Source of the DNA: Botryllus schlosseri
Lineage: Eukaryota
Length of the DNA: 64,000 bases
Assembly: GCA_051294905.1 (NCBI GenBank)
Contig: CM119377.1
Location: 2,728,001-2,792,000, forward strand
Reading direction: 5' to 3'
Part shown: piece after piece, positions 12,016 through 24,500 of the stretch
Layout: each line of letters begins with the position of its first letter
Numbering within the stretch: position 1 is the stretch's first letter
Program-made: the position numbers and the translations under genes
Notes under the pieces: generated by a model
The model's input: the letters and a program-made list of their open reading frames with translations, nothing else
What the model was told of the DNA's origin: nothing
The model's database searches: none

Positions 12016-14253
12016 AGCGACATCGAGCGACGAATACTTCGGTGATAAATGGGCACTAGGGTTGTCCATAATTTGGAAAATCTCAAAATGTATGCGTATC
12101 CTTGTCTCATTTTATAGATTATAGTTAAAAAACGTCAATGAGCCTGCAATAAGCTCACAGGAAAGTCGTTAACATTTGTCTAAATGCGTTTGAAAGTAGC
12201 TGCCGTAGAGTGGGCGTGTCAGCGACCATGGAGCGGCAAGCACACTAATAATCACGAAATCACGGCTCTTGATTGGCTAATCTGCTATGCTTCAATGATC
12301 ACGACGGTGACGGCTTGCTGATCAGCTGGTCAAGGAGTCGACTAACGGCGGGTTTTCTGTAAACGCATTGTAGGTTGGTCCGCAGATAATGATTTAAGAT
12401 TAGTTCAAAACATGTTGAGTGACGAAATAAATGATGAACAAAGAACAGCTGCTTCACAAAAACTTCAAATACATGACTTGATGGCTTATTGTGAAGGCAA
12501 CCGTTGTAGCCTGTATGCCTTGCTTTCATCGAGAGAAAGCACAAAAACACGAGAAGAAATATTGCAAAGGTGTTTATGCAAGTGGCGAACGAACTTCTAG
12601 TTTCAGAGGGTATGTTCCATGATTAAATGCAAAGATGAAACTTGACATGGACACTACCGTGTCTGAACTTATATCTTGCCGTGGTAGCCTATATAATTGA
12701 AGTCTTAAAAGCTGTACGGGCTGGATGAATCAGCCATTTATGCTTGGCACTTGTCACATTCTTGCAGCATAATGAATCATACCCGCGAGTGCTGTCTAAG
12801 TCCTCAATGATGCCCCGGACGAAGGTCTAAAGGCAAGCATAGACTATGCTGGTAGGACCAGCAAAATACTGTTCGCATGCATTGTTTAGCATGCCCATAA
12901 TGAATCTTAGATCATTACCGGCTGCATCACGACTAATGCTTGAATCAAAACAGACATGAAAATAAAAAAGAATGTATTGAAGCGAAGCGGTGCGGTAGTT
13001 GCATTTCTTTAGAGTCCCAATGCAAGCTACAGGGTCGGCCCACATATCTTCTGAGCATGCAGGATCCAGAATCCATCTCACATGATGTGCTGCACCAGTT
13101 TGGTGATAACTAATGTACTTTACCTGCACCGCACTCAGAAAAGCAGGACCACTTGGCGTAATCTCAATCACATCAGATAGGTATTTCAGGTATTTCAGTT
13201 CACAAGCATTCGCTGTTTCACCTCTGTCATGCCTTCAAGAGGGTATTGTTGTTCTGAACCTATCGTTATCTAGTTTTAACACTAAAAATTCAATGATCAA
13301 GTGTCTCATTTTAGTATTTAATCACCAACGTACAATGCGCTTACAGAATCATCATTGCCGTTAGCGTACTTCTTGAACAAGTAGAAGCACATAATCAGCA
13401 AGCCGCCGTGGTCGTGATCATTGAAGCATAGCTGATTAACCAATCAAGAGACGTGATTTCGTGATTACTAGTCTTCTCGCCGTTCTATGGTCGCTAACAC
13501 GCCCACTCTGAGGCAGCTACTTTCAAACGCATTTAGACAAATGTTAACGACTTTCCTGTAAGCTTATTGCAGGTTCATTGATGTTTTTTATCAATAATCT
13601 ACAGAATGAGACATGGATACGCATCTTTTTTGAGATTTTCCAAATTTTGGACAACCCTAATGGGCACATTGGGCAGTGGGCACTACTGGCGCCAGTAGGC
13701 AATAAGCATTGGGCCCATCAAATCACTAGGTGTCGCCAGACTTTTGGTGCTAACCGCCTTTGTTACGTATGCGGTTGCCGTATTCAGAAACCTGTAGGTT
13801 ACTTTCTCGATTGTTTAAGGGTATTTTATATGGAAATAATGGCTACAACATATTCTACGTGGACCGTGAGCTCGCTGTAAAATGAACTAAAACTTCGGAA
13901 AGCTTCTACGGAAGGAAATAAGGCCGATTTGATAACTAGGTGAGAATGTGAAATTGTCAACTAAATGTCGGCTACCAGCTCAGCACCAGAAGTTTTCGAA
14001 GTTTTAGTTCATTTTATAGCGAGTTCACGGTCCACGTAGCCATTATTTCCATATAAAATACCCTTACACAATCGAGAAAGTAACCTACAGGTTTCTGATA
14101 ACTGCAACCGCGTACGTAACAACGGCGGTTACCACCGAAAGTCTGGCGTCACCTAGTGATTTGATGGACCCAATGCTTATTGCCTACTGGCGCCAGTAGT
14201 GCCCACTGCCCAATGTGCCCATTTATCACCGAAGTATTCGTCGCTCGATGTCG
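12016..14253. mobile_element. Foldback element I with about 290-bp inverted arms, left arm interrupted by element H
   Basis: 12016-12056 joined to 13660-13905 is the reverse complement of about 13990-14253 (GCGACATCGAGCGACGAATACTTCGGTGATAAATGGGCAC...). Confidence 0.8.
12057..13659. mobile_element. hAT-type non-autonomous element H with about 270-bp TIRs
   Basis: TIR TAGGGTTGTCCA...TGGACAACCCTA; perfect 8-bp TSD ATGGGCAC (12049-12056, 13660-13667); no intact internal ORF. Confidence 0.85.
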
Positions 14254-14680
14254 CATGGATGAGCATGGATTAGGATTAGGTTTTGAAAAAACAGGATTTG
14301 TGAAATTTTGTCGGATTTGGATTGGATTTGGATTAGACATTTTTTTCAGAACGGATTAGGATTTGGATTGGATTTACATGTTTTCTGGGAGATTGAAATG
14401 TCGTGTGGCGAATCGCGACAAACTTTATTCAGATCAGTTATTAATGTAATTATGGTTACTAAGTTATCTTGAATCAAGTGAATCGTTGGTTGTGGAAGAA
14501 AATTTTCGAATCCCTCCATTGCATGAATTAGTATTTTTTCTGAATTTCCAGTTGGAATCGGATTAGGATTGGACATGGACTAGAATCTGAAAAAGGTATG
14601 GATTAGGATTTGGATTTGGATTTGAAGGTTCGGATTTGGATTGGATTAGGACATAGAAATTTCAAATCCGCTCATCTCTG
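14254..14680 (+). mobile_element. hAT-type MITE family B (GGATTA/GGATTT repeats)
   Basis: Near-identical along its length to 45106-45532; ends GCTCATCTCTG; left end eroded. Confidence 0.85.
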
Positions 14681-15339
14681 CTATGGGTATCCGGTAAATT
14701 TGTGACAATGATCAATCGTATTAGAGTATGTCCAGTTGCCGTAACATAGTCACATTCGATAATGACATATATCATTGATTCGTGACGCTTGCGGCCCGCG
14801 TGTCAAGGCTTCGACCGCCCAATATAGTGCTATCTAGGCTGCACCCAGCGAATGCTCAATACTCAATGCTCATAGCACAGGCTATGCTCATTCATGCTCA
14901 TAGTATGTGTGCGGCTGTGTGCCTATCGCCCACATTACGCACGTAACGCTGAATGCATTGTTCAGTTAGAAATTTGGATTTTAAATGAATATATATGCTG
15001 GCACTGTCCAGTGTCCATATTCGGTACTTGTTGTCAAAGTGACTTGGGTGCTTACTGCTTAATGTGGCGAAACGTGTGAGACCTGAAGCAGTTATTTATT
15101 CCGCCACCGGCACGAGAGACTGCGGCAAGGTTCTCGGCATTAGCACGTTTCGAAGTATCGGACTGTTCCCCCACCCCATTTCGCTGTTATTCTAGTGTAC
15201 TTACAAAAATGGTCGAAGAAGGAAGAATACAATAAGCGTCAAGGACATAACCTAGACTAGACAGGGTCCACAGTCGAAAGATCAAGTACCAATGCTGTTA
15301 CTTTGGGCATCAGACCGAGGTCGTGCCCGGTCAATATCT

Positions 15340-15460
15340 AGAATGCTATCACCGAGAATGTGCATTACCGAAAAATGGAAGACCGAGAAAGTATATTACG
15401 GAGACCGAAAATGAACATCACCGAGAAAGACACTACCGAGAATGGACATTAACGAGAAAA
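15340..15460 (+). repeat. Short tandem array of ACCGAGAATG-type units
   Basis: Imperfect ACCGAGAA repeats; the same family occurs inverted at 17750-17960. Confidence 0.6.
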
Positions 15461-16293
15461 TAATAAAATTATTCAGTGGCATTCGAAACGATAAAATTTA
15501 GATCGGAAAGGAAGGTAGGAAAGGACGTAGTTTATTTTTGTCCTTGATGTTTATCACTCGCAAGACGCGACTCATGGTCAGCACTCACCCTCAGCATACA
15601 TTATTGTTGCGCTATTGATCGAATATTAGAGAGAGAGAGAGAGAGAGTTTTTATTTTCTTCCAATCTCAAAATACGTAAAAAAACAGACAACAATGATGG
15701 CGGTACAGAAAATATGCATGCACAGTATTCGGTATCAGATGGAAATGATCGATACGACCGTGAAGGTCAACTAGTCTGATCACACCAGCAACAAACATGT
15801 ACACTTGACTCTATACCAGTGATTCCCATCCGCGACTCCCAGAGCCGCGTGCGACTCCAAGGTAGCGCTCTTGCGGCTCTGATTTACCTCCAAATGTGTC
15901 ACGAAAATATAACAGATGACACTTGATAGTTTCTATGAATAGTTATAGTCAATTTCTGTATATCAACGCTAAAATGAGGAATATTATTTATGTCTAAAGC
16001 CGTGCAAGGCCTCTTCTGAAAACTTGGAAACAGAATTCTTGCAGACTCCGTCAAACGCATGGATGAATTGAATACCCATCAGACAAGGAGATATCTTGAG
16101 TTCTGCTGGTCATAGATCTTTCGTCTCTGTGAAGAGTGAATTTCAATGCGAGTTTACTAACATCAAAATCACGGCTCACAGTCAAGTATAAATTACAATA
16201 AGTCCAATTACTCGGCGCATAATAATATTAAAGTGCTGGAATGTATGAAGACTGAAGAGCTATCTCACGTAACGACATAATAGTATGTTTGTT

Positions 16294-16697
16294 TAGGGCT
16301 GCATTTAAAACAAATATGTTTAAAACAAGGCTCTTGTTTAAATGTTTTTATTTTTTTTTTTTCAAGCCAGGGCGTCACGAATATTCAATTGTGACGTCAT
16401 ATTGGATTGACATTGACAATTGAAAATATAGGGTAACTGTAGAGACGAAACATCTACGTAGTGTACTATAGCTGTTGAACCGACTGTTCTGAGGGTTTCC
16501 AACCATCCCATATAGTATACGTCGGCTATATTTGGTGGTAATCGTCCGTAGGCTCATACAACATGTGTTTTGGAAAGTATTTACACAATTATAGCATGAT
16601 TTTACAACTTCAAAAACACATTAAAAAAAAGGTTTTGTTTAAAACACTGTTTTCAACAAAGTGTTTTAAACAACCATTTGTTTTAAAAGCAACCCTA
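16294..16697. mobile_element. MITE family D (TAGGGTTGCATTTAAAAC...GCAACCCTA)
   Basis: Homologous to 32314-32859 and 37638-38149. Confidence 0.75.
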
Positions 16698-17749
16698 GTA
16701 ATGATATTCATTTTCGTTTATTTCAATTTATAGGACTCGCCAATCTGCGTTTATCAATGCTGAAATAACTGATATAGAATCTACAGAAGTCTATGTGCAT
16801 GCTTCTAAATTAGCTGGATGGTGCGTTCCAGAGGTAGGTTAGCTACCTTTAAATCTTCGTAGTAAGTAGCCTACTCGAGCGTTCTCATGCGGCTCCGCTC
16901 CATACGTACTCTGGAGTTTGAAATGCGGCTCCGACATCCAAAAAGGTTGGGAACCACTGCTCTATACAGTCTGGCTGTAAAAAATGTTAGTTTAAAAAAG
17001 GGAAAGAACACATAAAAAGTAAACCATGGTAGCAAATATTAGAGCAGGACGATCAGTAATATTTAAAAGATAAAAATCACAAAATGTATCACGATATGTT
17101 AGACGCCGCCTTGGATATATGATTACTATCCACGAAATCGGGTTCTGACTGGTATGATATCGAGCCGAGGTCGATGAGATCTCATGCTTGACCGTATGTA
17201 TGTCTACTTCGTCGCAACCCGCTTTTTGTGATTTTATGCGTAAAACCAGTTAGCTACGTACGACACTGGACCTATATTTTATTGCAACTGAGTTATGTAG
17301 GCCGATATGCGCAGTGTGAACGTTGTCGTTAACACGGGCAATTGCGATGAAACACTTACGCGGTTACGTGTTGTCGTGTAACTCGATTTCAGTAATTAGC
17401 GAGGGCAAAAACCAAGTTGCGTCTCCCAGATGGGCAAAGACGTCTTTCTACATGCGAAGACATTTTGCGTACGAGGACTATTGCAGATGCGATTGTTCAG
17501 GCCATCGATGATGTCGTGCGCATCAGGCCAGCAACTTCACTAAAGTCAGAACCATTCTCAATGACGCAAACTCAATCTCAGTTTTGTGTTAAACTTCATT
17601 TTTACTGCCAACGTGACACAAGCAGTGACAGTAAGTCGACATTCAAGGAATTTTGATCACCGATGTTGAGATTACCGAAACCATGCGTGGGCATATATTC
17701 GCTGTCAAATTTCAGGTATAGATATCGTTGTTAATGTCCGTCTCAATAA

Positions 17750-17960
17750 TGTCAATTCTCGGTCGTGTCTATCTCGGCAATGTCTGTTCGGTCATGTCTG
17801 TTTTCGGTAATGACATTTTCGGTAACGTCCAATCGTCCATTCTCGGTAATGTCATTCTCGGTATTGTCCATTCTCGGTGATGTACATTCTCGGTAATGTC
17901 CATTCTCGGTAATAGTATTCTCAGTAATGTCCATCTCGATAATAGCATTCTTGGTATTCA
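17750..17960 (-). repeat. Tandem array of CATTCTCGGT(AATG) units
   Basis: Repeated TTCTCGGTAATG-type units; reverse complement of the 15340-15460 array family. Confidence 0.7.
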
Positions 17961-18557
17961 TAATCGCCCTATCGCAGGTCAAGGATACATTTCTTTTGCT
18001 GTGTATTATTTAGATAACCTATAATATATTACAAGCAATACACATAATTCATACTTTTGTAATAGAGCTACTGAATGAATGTATATGTATTATGCATTGG
18101 TAAAGTCGATGCACAGATAGTCGGTATAGGCCTATACAATGATGGATAGATCTGGATAAGAATGGATTGTTTATGTTCTTGTTTTGGTGCCTATGTATTA
18201 TGCAGCGTGCAATTTAAAGTTGAAATCTCAACAAATTAAATTTAGGATTGCAAAAACTTTGTCCTAGCCACTGTCACAGTCAAATCGATCAAATACTTCG
18301 AGCACGTCCCTGAAACAATATACAAATGTTGTCAATACCAAACTGAAATAAGTTTTAAGACACCCGCCCTGTTTGCAAATAGACGGCGGTCAAAAATAAT
18401 ATGCGGGCTCAATTTGTTTGCTGAGATACTTTCACGAGATTTCAACTCGCGTATCGGCCGCGGACTGTAACGGCATGATCGCTTTCTCAAAATAGGCGAT
18501 ATAATTCAAAGGGGATATGTCACGTAGCATAACTGGTTTTATAGCAGCTGGGTTGAG

Positions 18558-21500
18558 ATGAAATTAAGATTGAGCGACAGTCATCATTTTGGTCTTCTTT
18601 TTCTGCTACTTGGTTTACAATGCTCTTCGCAAGATGATGGGATTTCAGTCTTATCTAGTGAATTGAGTGAGCTAGTAACCTGGGAGGGCTCCGCAGAACC
18701 TCCCGTCAACGAACTGAAATATTTTCTAAAGAAGAAGAAATGCTACTGGCAATGTAAATATACGATATATGCATTTTGCGATTGAAAATTAGGCCTAGCC
18801 ATCAAGCTTATTATCGATCTGTATATATCTTGATACGCATATTATAGCCACAATTTAATAGAATATAACGTGAATTACCACGTAGCCTAAATATTTTCAC
18901 AGTGCAGAGGAAGGCAATGTGTTGTTGTCTACATATACTATTAATGAGCTATATTGTACAATGTACAATTGTACAGCGTACAATATATAAACTACAAGAT
19001 GTATGGTAGCAATGGCCAGATTCCCCTCCTTATGTGGTGCAACGTAACTAGGAAATCATATTCAATTTATTAAGAATTTTTTCATCAATTCAAAACACCA
19101 CAAGACTGCGATACAACGAAAAGATAGGAAGGTGACGAAACGATTCGGAGTAGTCTTTGAAATCAGACACCCACCCGGGCATAGGCGATGTAAAGAGGAG
19201 GCATGCACATTGCACAGTGCACACTAAATGAAAAGTAAAAGAATATAATATAAAAAGACAAGCGACAAAATGAGGTGTTATGTGACGGAAGGCGAGATCG
19301 ATACGTCAGGTCGTGGTCCCGTAAACTTGCGGGCTGACTAGTATTGATTTAGTAGAAATTACTTGTATTCCGACTTGAATGGGGACACTGGACATGCTCG
19401 ATGACTGTCGGATAGCCGGCGAGATACTGTTCCACAAATTAGGTCCGGCATATTTGATATATATTGTTTGCTAGGACACCGGGTAGTGTTTCAATTTTAA
19501 GCAGGTGAAAGGTATTCCTCAGGCTATTGACTTCATTTACTGGCAGAACTACGCTAGCGCTAGTAATATCGGTCAACTTTATATCGAAGTCGACCAAGTA
19601 GGCCTATATGGTCTCAGGAGTTATCAGAACTCACAGTAAAGAGCCGCGTACTATCTAAAGTTGTGAATCGCGCTGCTGTATTTTGGATTACGACCAAATT
19701 GGGACTCGATACAAATGGGTTAACTACATATACTATCAGCAATAGGGCCCGAACGATTATATCGGTTCGCCAATTATATCGAGTCGATGTTACACTTTGA
19801 AAGAATTATCAGTATCGGCTATTGGAGGTGAAAAAATATAGGTAATTTTCGTGACGTCACAACATGATGGCAGGAAGTCAGAAAACTATAATTATAATCC
19901 TTGACCGCTAGACTGGGAATATTGCTATATTTCATGTTCAAGTATGACAATGGCTGTAAAGCTGTTGAAATAAATGCTCTGAAGTTTTGAAAATACACCT
20001 TTTAGGCAGATTCCACGTTATTTGGATATCGGCTGAATAGATGGGTTTTATCGGTATCGGCCTTAAAATCCAATATCGGTCGGGCTCTAATCAGCACAAC
20101 CCTGCAACGATCTGACCAGCCGAGCGATATCTTTCGATTTGAAGTGATTTTTATAATTATAAATGGTTATAACCTGCTTGGTACAAGACGACAGTGTCTG
20201 AAATGACAATGTTTTCAGACAAACATCTTTGTGACGTGCAATGTGATCAAGGGAAAATCCGTTACAGTGACAACTGCTGCTTGTGTGTCTGCAAGAAGAA
20301 TTACGCTTTGGTTCGCGATACACAATGTATTCGAGGTATTAGCGTATTACAATGTGACTGACTGACTATCCTACTCATTTGTGGTGGATTAAAATCGGCT
20401 CGAATTCGCAGCAAAATGGACGACATGGTCGTCTTGGAGTGGATGTCTCAAATCCAATTGGGGCGGTTTGCAGACTAGGGAGCGTGTGTGCAAGGCTGGT
20501 TCGTCGGTATCGGCCGGGGCGTGTGCAGGACGGGGCAGTGCGTCAAGAACCTGCGTACCGGTTACGAAGGGTAGACTATAGAACCATAGTATTGTCAACG
20601 ACGTTATGTGGAGACATATTCCAAGGCTATATGTAACTTATTAAAGCAACTTTACGTAGGCATGTTACTTCCCGAAAACGGCTCTGTGAGTGTTATTTAT
20701 TGTAAAATTACAGGTGCAATTATAGGATTACCTAACTTTTCGATTCTTTCTTGGAAGGGAAGCAGTGTTCCAAACGTTATTTTGCGACTAATTTTAATTT
20801 TTGTCATAATTATCATACTCGTTGACTAGAAGAGACACATACCGAACAATTATAATGGCAATAATGGCTAGGAGACGACGAGGGTACGCGAGGCCTTCAA
20901 AGTCTGTCGCCATTGCGTTTGCATATATTTTTATGTTAAAAGGTGCGGTAATATTCCATGCATCCAGGTTTTCGCATTCGCAAAAACGTCCGAGACTTAT
21001 CCGCGTATGAAATCCACGATCTAATCCAAGCCATGACGAAATTCAAGAAGGATTCTTCAAAAAATGGATACCGGGTAAGTAGCCTATATACTAAATCATG
21101 GACGGGCAACATACGACGAGATTTTGAGAGGTCCGCAGCAGAGAGTTTCTATCCTGAAAGTGAGATTATAATGTGAAAGTATTGACGAATTGATGCGTCA
21201 CAGAATGAATCCAAGTTTGCCAACTTGAGAAAGATGGTAATGAAAATACTTGTTCTGTTCGGGTCTACATAGCCTACACTACATTTATGAGCAAACATTT
21301 TCGACCATGATCACTAACAAGACAAGACTGCGTTCCAATATTACTGATGTTCACGTGCAGTCGAAGGGTTTACACGCTCGTCAATCAGCCAGAGTGCAGA
21401 GAGCTAGTTGATAACTTTGATCGATCACAGATGTCTCATTGAATTCAACAGCTACATTAGGTTTATAAATTCATCAAACACTGCTTTTGGTCTCTATGCT

Positions 21501-24500
21501 TCAAACATAAAGTTTACATTAAATCCGATTTATTCCTTATGTGCAGGTGGATAAATACGCGATTAATGTATCGATTCTGTAATCCGGCCCGCCAGGTACT
21601 TAGTTTTCCCAAATCAGGCCCGCCCCTAAACCAATGCCCTTCATAACAGATACTTTGGAGGGTGCGTCTCAAAGGTATATGAGTCCTGTTTTCCTTTTAG
21701 AATATTATATCGTGGCATGGATGGCCGGGTCGCTGTCCTTGGTATCATGAGGTTCACCACGATAACCATTGCAGTTGGCATCGACATCCGTTGTTTCTAC
21801 CTTGGCATCGACTTATCACGGTTCAACTTGAAGACGGTAAGTCATTAAATTATTATCACATTTTCGTTAATTCCCGGAGAGGATGAAGGAAGTTTCAATG
21901 AATAAGTTAAAACTCAAATATTACTCTATATATAACTGTCTATAATGAATTGATATTGAATAAGATTGTAATCCGGGATTGAAGTGTTCGATTATGGTCA
22001 GAATTCTTCACACAATCCATCTTATTCGTGGATGGGGGTATATTGATAGCATTACGAAATGCATGACTTCATTTGAGTCTTCTGTCTTCGATGTTTATAA
22101 TGCATCTTTATATTTATAAAACGTAAATATTGGATCGCTGATGACAGTTGTATGGTATGTGTTGCTATAGGCATAGTAGGTCCGATACCTATGATTCACT
22201 TCTTTTGAGCAGGGAAATAACCTAACTATAAGTCAGTCATTGTGACGAAATATCACTCAACTGATGTGCGGGATTTTGTACATGCTTTGCATGCTGTGCG
22301 GTTAATTCAGGCTTTAAGGCAGAGGTCTCAAACACGCGGCCCGCCAGAACATTTTGTGCGGCCCGCGACGACATTTTAGATTTTTACTAATTTGACAATA
22401 TATAAGTGTCACATATATCTTTTCAGGTTATAAAGTGAAAATGCCCTCTTAAATTACTCCGAAAGCCTCAAACTATTCATCAAACTTCACTATCACATCA
22501 ATTGCAAACGCTACCATGAAGTGGAAGATTCACTATTTCGCCAAATTTCCAATTCATGATGACAAATCGTGACCCTTAGACGATTCGTGACTGAAATTTG
22601 TGAGTTGGACTTAGGCGCGACCTTTCCTAAATTACTCAGACTCGGGCTAACTCGAGGGCAAAATGAAAATGACTCGAGTGGACTTGGAGTGACTCGGAAT
22701 GCCGTGAATTTGTTAGAACCATGGACGCAACAAACTAATCGCGTATCAGGGGAGTAATATATCAGAAGGTCGCAGCTTGGTATTTCGCTAACTAAGCAAG
22801 TTATTATGGCAACCATAGGCAATCTGTTAGTTACATCTCTGGTCGCTAAACCGTGTTATTAAGGCCACTTAAAGGTATCGAGTACCGTAGTGAGACGCTC
22901 CAACGATGTAACAGCAATGGGCCGTTCGGCGTTCCGACATTTCAATCAGTAGGACACATTCATTAATATATTTTTATTTTATTTATATTTTTTTCTGCTC
23001 CTATATTTGAAGATATGTGGCCATGAGATTAATAGCCTACTTATCAGAAGTATACCCGAATCATGGATTGGAATTACAATGCTCAAATTAAAAATGTTTT
23101 GATATCAGATCAGTCTCTATTATCAATCTGTTAAATTCAAAAAATTCATAGTAGCTGAAAAATAATAACCCGATAGCTTTTATGATGGTATCATACATTT
23201 GTCCGCCATACGGTGTCTATATATAATAATTATATATATATATATCAAGTACGACAGCAATTCTATTCAAATAGTTATAAATGTGAGGATTCTATTCGTG
23301 CCAGGCTTAAATTGATACAAGAGTACATCACATTTTGACGATGTGTGTTCACTGTCAGTCTGCTGGATCGGCTCACTTTCGATAGGACAATTCATTCCCG
23401 CAAAATAAGGCCTACTTGGAAAGACACAGAATACCCCCATAAATGCTGTGGCCCGCGGTGTTGTCAAAACTGGAAAACTGGCCCGTGAGCACATTTGAGT
23501 TTGAGACCTCTGCTTTAAGGAATCCACGAAAAAGTATAGAGACAATATATCTCGTTGATAATGTAATTCCTGGTGCAAAAATAACGAATAATTTCACACA
23601 CTCGAGTCGAATCATTACAATTAACACCGGGTTCGGATTCGAGAATCATTATGCTCAGCCCTAACCTTAAAACACGTCAGAAATTGATGTTGCTCGTACA
23701 GGTTTGTCTCGATATTTGCGCGACCAAACTATCGGCATACCATTTTGGGACTGGACGGAGACAGCGGACGATATTCCGTATTTGTTGCGAGATCGTAAAA
23801 TCTACGACCCGATTCTGAAAAAAGTAGTCGACAACCCGTTCCATAGCTCGTTTATTAAAACAAAACACGGAATACCCCTGTAAGTATAACCTCGGTATTG
23901 ATCATCAGGTTAGTTTGATAACTAACTTCTTTGGAAGCGCACAAAGCGACTCCGCTTAATTTGGAAACTTTGTTCCCGCTCACTTTTTTCAAATTTTACT
24001 GTCAACCTCATGAAATTCAGTTTTCTAAAAGAACGACGTAAAACAAATTTGATGCAATTCAAACCGGTAGAAGCGAAGTTATTTGAGTTGTTCATTCATA
24101 ATTCTGGGATCACCCACCGCCCAGGCTATTTTTGCGAATCCAAAATTTTCAACTGGAATAACTTCGCTTCTACCGGTTGGAAGTGAGCAAAATTATTGAT
24201 TATCATTAGGTTTTGCAGCTTTTGCAACTTTTTTACAGCTACCTGCAGCTTCCTTCATGCTCAGAAGTTATGCAGTTTCAAGCAGTTTGGAGGATTCTTA
24301 TATTGCAACTTTTCTCCACTCTTTGCATGCAACTTTTTTCGATTTTTCATGCAAATTTTTCCAAGATTTTTAGTTATTTTTCGTGCAACTAACTTTTTAC
24401 TGGAAATATGTGGCACTATATGTAAATATATTGCTTGATTATTTCACCGTCGTTTAAATTTGAGGTCCTTTCTGTTTTGACGTATATTCAGGCTAGACTG

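Noticed and set aside
12300-13400. Transposase gene inside element H
   Set aside because: Only short ORFs on both strands, with no DDE or hAT dimerisation motif recognisable.
14254-14680. GGATTAGGATTAGG runs as interstitial telomeric repeats, and MSNPNP ORFs
   Set aside because: They lie within family B MITE copies with TIRs and TSD; the ORFs are repeat artefacts.
18558-18785. Stand-alone 75-aa secreted Cys/Lys peptide
   Set aside because: A phase-1 donor (A|GTGAGC at 18667) fits the downstream phase-1 exons, and copy 1 otherwise lacks a signal peptide; an unspliced product is not excluded.
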